The notes: generated from the sequence alone by a model not told the origin. Shown: positions 9,611-15,543, numbered from the stretch's first letter. The stretch is DNA of 20,000 bases from an uncultured virus (IMG/VR IMGVR_UViG_3300021400_000004) (IMGVR_UViG_3300021400_000004), one strand, 5' to 3'. Program-made: numbers and translations.

Positions 9611-9639
9611 ATTATATAAAAAATTTTTTAAAATGTCAA
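9611..9639 (-). promoter_or_regulatory. Class-1 sigmaA/sigma70-type promoter driving the large ncRNA
   Basis: Perfect TTGACA-17-TATAAT followed by ATATATAGAAAA. Confidence 0.85.
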
Positions 9640-9739
9640 ATCAGTTACTCGGCGCGGGTTGTGTACAGATACCGCAATACTGGTGGGTCTACATATGATA
9701 ACATATGAACATTTGCCTAAACGCAACTGATTTGATTAG

Positions 9740-9810
9740 CTGGGGTAGTTGGATTCGAACCAACGTTCATGGAGTCAAAGTCCACCGTCTTACCGCTTGG
9801 CTATACCCCA
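9740..9810 (-). tRNA. trnQ: tRNA-Gln(UUG)
   Basis: Cloverleaf TGGGGTA...TACCCCA G; GTGGA-CTTTGAC-TCCAT; GGTTCGAATCC. Confidence 0.95.
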
Positions 9811-9818
9811 ATATTTAG

Positions 9819-9902
9819 TGCGCTTGGCGGGACTTGAACCCGCATGAACTTTCGCTCGAGGGATTTTAAGTCCCTTGTGTCTGCCGATTCCACCACAGGC
9901 GC
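9819..9902 (-). tRNA. trnL: tRNA-Leu(UAA)
   Basis: AGGGA-CTTAAAA-TCCCT, long variable arm, GGTTCAAGTCC. Confidence 0.95.
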
Positions 9903-10202
9903 ATATTGCGGGAACCCAGCTTTGAAACTTCACGAAGCGCCATTCCCGCACTCCTTTTATCTCTCTCTATTGAATAACTCCCGTGCTAATATGCTTACAC
10001 TACAAGACTTGGAGATTATGAATATGTAGCTTATCATAGAAAGAGAGGAAGCTTTCAGCTACATATTTTATAATAATGGCATATAAGATTAACTCTTATT
10101 CTAGGACATATGCCAGATCCTGTTCTGTTTAGTTGGTCAGACAACCATTATTACATTACTACATTACTATTGTACAAAGACAATAATTATTGCACGATAG
10201 CC

Positions 10203-10282
10203 TGCCGAAGCGGGACAGCAACCCCCACATTATTCTTGAGTTTAGTCAAGCGAGTTCTCTTTTTGATTTTACTCCATTCGGT
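10203..10282 (-). pseudogene. Degenerate tRNA-like cloverleaf
   Basis: CCGAA/TTCGG acceptor, GAGT/ACTC D stem, CTTGA-CTAAAC-TCAAG (6-nt loop), non-canonical T loop. Confidence 0.45.
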
Positions 10283-10346
10283 TATCTACCCTCTGTGCTA
10301 CGCCCAAAGACGATTTCGACTATTAAAAGGAAGTCGCTAACCTTAG

Positions 10347-10419
10347 TGGCGGAGAGGGGAGTTGAACCCCTAGCCCTTGACGTATGAAGCCACGAATCTA
10401 CCTTTGATACTACTCCGCG
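10347..10419 (-). tRNA. trnM: tRNA with CAU anticodon (Met; initiator-like 5' end, atypical)
   Basis: CGCGGAG/CTCCGCC with C1:C72 mismatch; TGGC-TTCATAC-GTCA; GGTTCAACTCC. Confidence 0.8.
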
Positions 10420-11199
10420 TTATATTTTTTCCCATTCTTCTTCAGAATAAGATTTTATTTCTTGTTTTTTAAATGGTAAATTATAACTTTTACACCATTT
10501 TCTTATACTGTTATCAGTAACATTATATTTTTTACCTATTTGAACAAACGAAGTTGTTCTAATTAATTGTTTCAATTCTTCTCTTGTTACAGGTCTAGTT
10601 GCTAATCCTTCTTGTTTTTGAATTTCATGTCTACAATCTTGACAATACTCTGCATTTTTACTAACTATTTTATGACATTTTTTACAATAAAAGATTTGTT
10701 TTTTAGTTCTTGTGCAGTCAAAAGGACTAATTCTTAATGGATAAATTAATTTACTTTCTCTCCAAGTTCTTCCTGTATTAATATCTCTAATAGTATCTTC
10801 ATGCACTCCATATATCTTTGCAATTTGAGGATAAGATAAATTCGATTTTGTTTTATCCAATAAAATTTTTTGAATGTCTTTTACTTGAGCATAAGTTAAT
10901 TTCACTCCATGAACTTGATAATCTCCACCTTCTGTTTGATTATAAACTGGATTATAATATTTTATCCAATAATGTTCTCTTTCATTAAGCTTATTAATAT
11001 CGCATTCTTCAATAACTTCAAATGAAAAATTATCAATTCCATATTTCCTAAAAGCTCTATATAAAGGATAATCATACCCTTTATCATTTTTATTTTGACT
11101 TGCTACTTTATGGTCTGACCATCTTTTATTAATATTTCTACTTTGACCTATATAACAATGACCATTTAAATTATTAGTTATTTTATAAATTCCTATCAT
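10420..11199 (-). CDS. Free-standing GIY-YIG homing endonuclease with C-terminal HTH/Zn-finger DNA-binding modules
   Basis: MIGIYKITN...CYIGQS...KRW...H...E...YN; IAKIYGVHEDTI; CxxC...CxxC; IGKKYNVTDNSIRKW. Confidence 0.9.
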   Translation of the reverse strand: MIGIYKITNNLNGHCYIGQSRNINKRWSDHKVASQNKNDKGYDYPLYRAFRKYGIDNFSFEVIEECDINKLNEREHYWIKYYNPVYNQTEGGDYQVHGVKLTYAQVKDIQKILLDKTKSNLSYPQIAKIYGVHEDTIRDINTGRTWRESKLIYPLRISPFDCTRTKKQIFYCKKCHKIVSKNAEYCQDCRHEIQKQEGLATRPVTREELKQLIRTTSFVQIGKKYNVTDNSIRKWCKSYNLPFKKQEIKSYSEEEWEKI

Positions 11200-11228
11200 A
11201 GTAAAAACCTCCATTTTTTTATTTCATA

Positions 11229-11270
11229 TATATTTGAAAAAATGAAGATATATTTTATATAAAATTGACC
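11229..11270 (-). promoter_or_regulatory. Class-2 promoter-like motif, copy 4, upstream of GIY-YIG gene
   Basis: GGTCA-N24-TTTTTCAAATATA; 5' box overlaps a 28-bp near-palindrome (11264-11291). Confidence 0.55.
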
Positions 11271-11291
11271 TCTTAAATTTAAGAGTTCAAT

Positions 11292-11348
11292 CTAATCCGC
11301 GTTATAAAACCTGTGATTTATCTCGTTAGCACAGGTACTCCGCGTTAT
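11292..11348 (-). repeat. Two direct repeats of the tRNA-Met 5' end
   Basis: ctaatccgcgttata (11292-11306) and tactccgcgttat (11336-11348) match ctactccgcgttata (10410-10424). Confidence 0.8.
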
Positions 11349-11482
11349 TAAGGTGGTTGAAACGTGCCACCTCACGTTCTATTCTATGTCAAGGTATAAT
11401 CATTGTCATAAGACATATAGTTTCGATTATTTAGACGGAAATAGACAAGCCACTTAATATCCTTTTTTTATTTTACATATAT

Positions 11483-11511
11483 ATTATATAAAAAATTTTT
11501 ATAAATTTCAA
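11483..11511 (-). promoter_or_regulatory. Class-1 promoter
   Basis: TTGAAA-17-TATAAT. Confidence 0.8.
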
Positions 11512-11598
11512 ATTATTTTTAAATCCGTTTTTGTTTCCTTTTACCCTTTTTGGCGGCTAAGCTAGTGGAGAACGGTAACTCCCCCTATTTCCATATAT

Positions 11599-11627
11599 AT
11601 TATATTAAAAATTTTTATAAAATTCAA
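11599..11627 (-). promoter_or_regulatory. Class-1 promoter
   Basis: TTGAAT-17-TATAAT. Confidence 0.75.
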
Positions 11628-11716
11628 ATTTATGATATAAGTGAGCCACTCGCATCCCACCACCTTATTTCATGTGCCTAAGCCTTGTCCGCTATTATAT
11701 CATATATTTGAAAAGC

Positions 11717-11787
11717 CACCCCTGAGGAACTCGAATCCTACATTCCCAGAATGAAAATCTGGTGTACTGACCTTTATACGAAGGGGC
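11717..11787 (-). tRNA. trnE: tRNA-Glu(UUC)
   Basis: GCCCCT/AGGGGT acceptor; CCAGA-TTTTCAT-TCTGG; AGGATTCGAGTTCCT. Confidence 0.85.
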
Positions 11788-12115
11788 GAAATAATACAAC
11801 TCTTTACTTAACGAAGCAGTTGCCGCACCGTGTAACTCATTAGTACAATCATCACTGGGTAAATTAGTAAGCTCGACCTGTCCCAGCTTATTGATTGGGT
11901 CCCCTCTTCACCGCATTGTCGATGTGATCTCTCGTAGCCGCTTACTCAATTATTTGTCAACTTATATCTTGTTCTACGACTCCCCGCTATATATAGTCGA
12001 AATTCTCCGCGTCCGTGGTACTGTTGTATCGTCTATCAAGACGTCCTGGGCCTTCAGGAGGATATTCTCTGCGGCGGTCGGATCCTACCTTCCGCAGTTT
12101 TTATTGTTGACTTAG

Positions 12116-12190
12116 TCGGGGTGACAGGATTCGAACCTGCGACCTCCTGATCCCAAATCAGGCGCTCTAGCCAAGCTGAGCCACACCCCA
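12116..12190 (-). tRNA. trnP: tRNA-Pro(UGG)
   Basis: CCTGA-TTTGGGA-TCAGG; GGTTCGAATCC; GCTC/GAGC D arm. Confidence 0.95.
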
Positions 12191-12218
12191 TTAATATTTT
12201 CTTAACTTTTCTATATAT

Positions 12219-12247
12219 ATTATAATAAAATTTTTTATAAAATTCAA
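12219..12247 (-). promoter_or_regulatory. Class-1 promoter
   Basis: TTGAAT-17-TATAAT-ATATATAGAAAA. Confidence 0.8.
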
Positions 12248-12753
12248 ATTAATTTTTTGGTTGATTGGGGAGAACCACTCCCCTAAAGAAGATTACCATT
12301 CTCCTATAAGTTTTTTGAGATGAAAGCTTATAAAAAATCTAAGATTTGAACATTCAATCTAAAAGTAGATTTTATCGTTATATCAAACGGATAGTTTTTG
12401 GTTTTGAGTGACTATCAACTCTTCATATAGAAGGCACTTCCTTCTATGATACCCGACTTCTGATTCTCACTGGTATCGGGCGGTAGGACCTCTATGGGTA
12501 ACTTAATCCCAGCCCACGCATTGTTTCTAACTCAGAGTGACGACTCTCCTTCAAATCAAACGTCTCTTTTAATATTGATTTTAAGTTAGTACAATTTTAA
12601 TTATCTATTATTTTTGTAAGGGTGTCTCTAAGCAGCACTTCTCCTTGTTTTACCCCTTACTATTTACATCAACTGTCGCTATCAATGTAAAACTAGGACA
12701 TAAGTTATTTTCAAGTCAGGCTACGACATTAATACCTTTCTTGATGCTCTATG

Positions 12754-12818
12754 AGCCGTCCAAGGGAGTCGAACCCTTAATCACAAGTCAATTGTGTTCA
12801 CCATTGCGCCAAGACGGC
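12754..12818 (-). ncRNA. Short tRNA-like RNA (65 nt) lacking a normal D/anticodon arrangement
   Basis: Intact GCCGTCT/GGACGGC acceptor and AAGGG-TTCGACT-CCCTT T arm; centre is only CACAA-TTGAC-TTGTG. Confidence 0.7.
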
Positions 12819-12990
12819 ATATCATCAAGTGAGTAGTTTCAACCTCACGCATCTCTAGCGGGTTCAACGAATCGTAACTGGGGTAGCTTACTCGGATTTT
12901 CACCGACGCCCTCTGTGGTGTCTCCCCACTGCTTCCCGCAACACGAGCTTTATTCTCTTCACGACTTTTAATACTTGTCTATTGATGAAA

Positions 12991-13061
12991 CTCCCCTGTC
13001 TGGATTCGAACCAGAGAGAATTGATTAACAATCAATCATGTTACCACTACATCACAAGGGA
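12991..13061 (-). tRNA. trnN: tRNA-Asn(GUU)
   Basis: ATTGA-TTGTTAA-TCAAT; GGTTCGAATCC; TCCCTTG/CAGGGGA G. Confidence 0.93.
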
Positions 13062-13066
13062 TTAGA

Positions 13067-13137
13067 ATGACTAGACAGGAATCGAACCTGTTCCGTTACT
13101 CTTGCGAGTTCCATCCTACCATTAGAACGACTAGTCA
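13067..13137 (-). ncRNA. tRNA-like RNA with GCAA tetraloop in place of the anticodon loop
   Basis: Perfect TGACTAG/CTAGTCA acceptor, D loop TAATGGTA, ACAGG-TTCGATT-CCTGT T arm; ACTC-GCAA-GAGT. Confidence 0.7.
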
Positions 13138-13447
13138 TCAAAAGGGGAAGGAAGAGTCGCAGGCAGCTACCCGCCTCTTATTACTTGGTCTTACATCTTC
13201 AGCATTTCTGCCTTGTAGCCTAACTTCCATTTGAAGTATATTTCAACTCACTCTCTTATATTTATAAATAAAACAGTTAGAATCCTTTTTAGATGGTTCA
13301 GATTTTTTACCCATCTCTTCGCGCACTGACCTATTCTTTATTCTACCCTTGTAGAGCCAATCCTTCGCTGGCAAGATTCTTTTCTTAACATTGTTTGCAA
13401 CCAATTTGTTAAGTTCATTCGTTATCTCTGTTTCATTTTCTATATAT

Positions 13448-13476
13448 ATTATAATAAAAATTTTTTAAAATTTCAA
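13448..13476 (-). promoter_or_regulatory. Class-1 promoter
   Basis: TTGAAA-17-TATAAT-ATATATAGAAAA. Confidence 0.8.
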
Positions 13477-13488
13477 ATTATGTTTCTT

Positions 13489-13896
13489 TTAATAATATTT
13501 ATAAGGATAATATTTTAAATTCCATAAATTATCATCAATTTCTATTTTAGTATAGTCTATCTTTTCATCCTTATATGGATTATTACCATTCTGCCAAGTA
13601 TCAGTATCATTAGCGATAAAACGATTACCTATCTTCCATACAGTAAAGCCAGTAAAAGAAAGATTTGGAACATAATCTATACCATAGTCTTTATAATATT
13701 TAGTCTTTTTATCATATCCTCGTATAGTCGCATATAACAAACCACCGCTACCATCTTCAAATCTTTCAAAATTACTGTTTATTATATGAAATACAAATCT
13801 ACCATTCCATAAAAAATCATTCTCTATTGATTTATTCAATTCTCTTACAAGTTTATTTAACTTATGCTGATACTTTTTTCTTAATTTATCTCTCAT
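13489..13896 (-). CDS. Hypothetical protein
   Basis: ORF with AGGATGTG RBS and own class-1 promoter. Confidence 0.8.
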   Translation of the reverse strand: MRDKLRKKYQHKLNKLVRELNKSIENDFLWNGRFVFHIINSNFERFEDGSGGLLYATIRGYDKKTKYYKDYGIDYVPNLSFTGFTVWKIGNRFIANDTDTWQNGNNPYKDEKIDYTKIEIDDNLWNLKYYPYKYY

Positions 13897-13927
13897 AATT
13901 ATCACATCCTTTTTATTTTCTATAATA

Positions 13928-13955
13928 ATTATAGCAAAAATTTTATGAATTTCAA
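13928..13955 (-). promoter_or_regulatory. Class-1 promoter (extended -10)
   Basis: TTGAAA-16-TATAAT with TG at the extended -10 position. Confidence 0.7.
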
Positions 13956-13956
13956 A

Positions 13957-14313
13957 TTAAATCTCTTTAAGTAAATTTTTGAATATTTTATCAACTTCTA
14001 ATTTTTTAAGTTCTTTTCGAGCAAAAACATTATAACCAGAATAAATAATATCTCCATTATTTATATAATTAGTTTCAACAAGATCTTTGAGTATATCGCC
14101 TATATATGGCTTTAAACAATAAATTGTTTTCCATCCATACTTTTTAGAATTTTCATAATCCTGTTTGGCATACTCTACATATTCTCTACAAGAACTTGAA
14201 TCATACCCAAGATAATAAGTATGCTCAAAAATTGAATTTTCATTATCATAAATTTTAACTTCTACTCTATCTGAATTTAAACCCATAATATATCTTATAT
14301 TCATTTTTGGCAT
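13957..14313 (-). CDS. Hypothetical protein
   Basis: Likely start MPKMNI after GAGG; upstream extension in track runs through promoter and tRNA. Confidence 0.8.
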   Translation of the reverse strand: MPKMNIRYIMGLNSDRVEVKIYDNENSIFEHTYYLGYDSSSCREYVEYAKQDYENSKKYGWKTIYCLKPYIGDILKDLVETNYINNGDIIYSGYNVFARKELKKLEVDKIFKNLLKEI

Positions 14314-14347
14314 ATAATTATTACCTCTTTCTTTATTTTCTATAATA

Positions 14348-14376
14348 ATTATAATAAAAATTTTTAAATTTTGCAA
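14348..14376 (-). promoter_or_regulatory. Class-1 promoter
   Basis: TTGCAA-17-TATAAT. Confidence 0.75.
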
Positions 14377-14424
14377 GTTGGAGGTAGAGGGAATCGAACC
14401 CACTCGAGCCATAAGGCATGTGAT

Positions 14425-14841
14425 TTATGCCTTATCCGAGAATTGAACTCGGTATTTATAAGTTTGAAATCCTTGATTATTTTTATTTGGTTCTGTTCTT
14501 AAAGAAATTATTTGTTTAGTTGTAGTAATATCTTTAATAGGTATTAACCACATATTTAAATCTTTATTTACACAGAATAAATAATCAAGCTCAGAGTGAT
14601 TTAAAAGATTATCATAGACTTTGCCATTGGTTCCACCAGTTGAACGAAAATCTATTCTATCATCTTGTGTTTGAGTGGCTTTACATTGTACAGTCTCAAA
14701 CTTTCCATCTTTTTCAATCACTATGTCATACCACTGAGTGTCATTCATTGGTATAGATACTGTATAACCATGTATAGTAAAATAATTTATTGCCATACTT
14801 AAGCCAATTCTACCAGTTTGTTTTCTGTTAATTTCATTCAT
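14425..14841 (-). CDS. PD-(D/E)XK endonuclease resembling the group I intron-associated I-Ssp6803I/PDDEXK_5 type
   Basis: 138 aa, AAGGAG RBS; GYTVSIP...YDIVIE...VQCK...DYLF pattern. Confidence 0.8.
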   Translation of the reverse strand: MNEINRKQTGRIGLSMAINYFTIHGYTVSIPMNDTQWYDIVIEKDGKFETVQCKATQTQDDRIDFRSTGGTNGKVYDNLLNHSELDYLFCVNKDLNMWLIPIKDITTTKQIISLRTEPNKNNQGFQTYKYRVQFSDKA

Positions 14842-14862
14842 TATAAAAACTCCTTTTAAGAC
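14428..14862 (-). mobile_element. 435-nt intervening sequence with tRNA-mimic ends, encoding an endonuclease
   Basis: Starts GTCTTAA, ends CCGAG-TTCAATT-CTCGG-ATAAGGC-A. Confidence 0.8.
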
Positions 14863-15036
14863 CAGTCACATCCGTCTCCTTAGCGGTTTATACCTCCTTA
14901 AAGTTCTAAATCACATCGGCTCATTACCCGTGTATCTCGGGGACATAACCGAACCATTACCGAACAATACAGGTATTGTCTTTTCTAGTACTCTCGATTT
15001 AGTTGCTTCGTGCATGATTTAATATGTCTGCCTAAG

Positions 15037-15122
15037 CGCCGCAGATAGGACTTGCACCTATATACCATTTCTGGCTACTTGTTTTCAAGACAAGGGCTCC
15101 CACTATACTGAGCGACTGCGGC
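15037..15122 (-). tRNA. trnS: tRNA-Ser(UGA)
   Basis: GCCGCAG/CTGCGGC G; CTTGT-CTTGAAA-ACAAG; variable arm; variant T loop TGCAAGT. Confidence 0.88.
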
Positions 15123-15260
15123 TAAAATATAATCATATTTCATCTACCCCATCTATTCTGTCCTCCGACGGGTTGAGAGGTTGCTGAGCAACATTTATAC
15201 TAATTACGACCTCACTCGCGGTCACAGGTCACCAGATCTCTGGCGAAATATGATTATGAA

Positions 15261-15350
15261 CGCGGAGAGCAAGATTTGAACTTGCGGGGCAAGAACTTCC
15301 CGCCCTATGGATTAGCAATCCACCACCTTAAACCACTCAGTCATCTCCGC
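15261..15350 (-). tRNA. trnS: tRNA-Ser(GCU)
   Basis: GCGGAGA/TCTCCGC G; GTGGA-TTGCTAA-TCCAT; long variable arm; GTTCAAATC. Confidence 0.92.
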
Positions 15351-15360
15351 AAAAAGACAC

Positions 15361-15510
15361 TTATTTATTAGAAGAAAATGTCTCAACACTGACGAACCCA
15401 AATCTATTTCTAATAAAATTAACTTCTGCCATACTGGTAACAAAAGTAATATGAGGTTTGTGAAAATCATCTACATATTTAACAATAAATACCATTTTCT
15501 TCATAAGCAT
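15361..15510 (-). CDS. Small hypothetical protein (49 aa)
   Basis: AAGGAG RBS and class-1 promoter; MLMKKMVFIVKYVDDFHKPHITFVTSMAEVNFIRNRFGFVSVETFSSNK. Confidence 0.7.
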   Translation of the reverse strand: MLMKKMVFIVKYVDDFHKPHITFVTSMAEVNFIRNRFGFVSVETFSSNK

Positions 15511-15543
15511 CTCTCCTTTATTTATTTTTCATTTTCTATATAT

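Larger units (their letters stand above)
14379..14897 (-). tRNA. trnY: tRNA-Tyr(GUA) interrupted in the anticodon (exons 14897-14863 and 14427-14379)
   Basis: Joined exons give an 84-nt cloverleaf: GGAGGTA/TACCTCC A, TGTGA-CTG|TAAA-TCACA, variable arm GCC-TTAT-GGC, GGGTTCGATTCCC. Confidence 0.9.

Noticed and set aside
12860..12940. Cobalamin riboswitch
   Set aside because: Only the T-loop hairpin matches; no B12 box recognised and no downstream ORF
13170..13228. Hammerhead ribozyme (CTGAAGA)
   Set aside because: No stem II-GAAA arrangement following the CUGANGA-like motif
14428..14862. Group I intron or archaeal bulge-helix-bulge intron in tRNA-Tyr
   Set aside because: Almost the entire insert is ORF; no P7-type core or terminal G recognised; the junction forms a CTG/ATAAA internal loop, not a 3-4-3 BHB
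15364..15417. Inverted repeat tttattagaa/ttctaataaa as an ncRNA
   Set aside because: AT-rich and inside a credible 49-aa ORF
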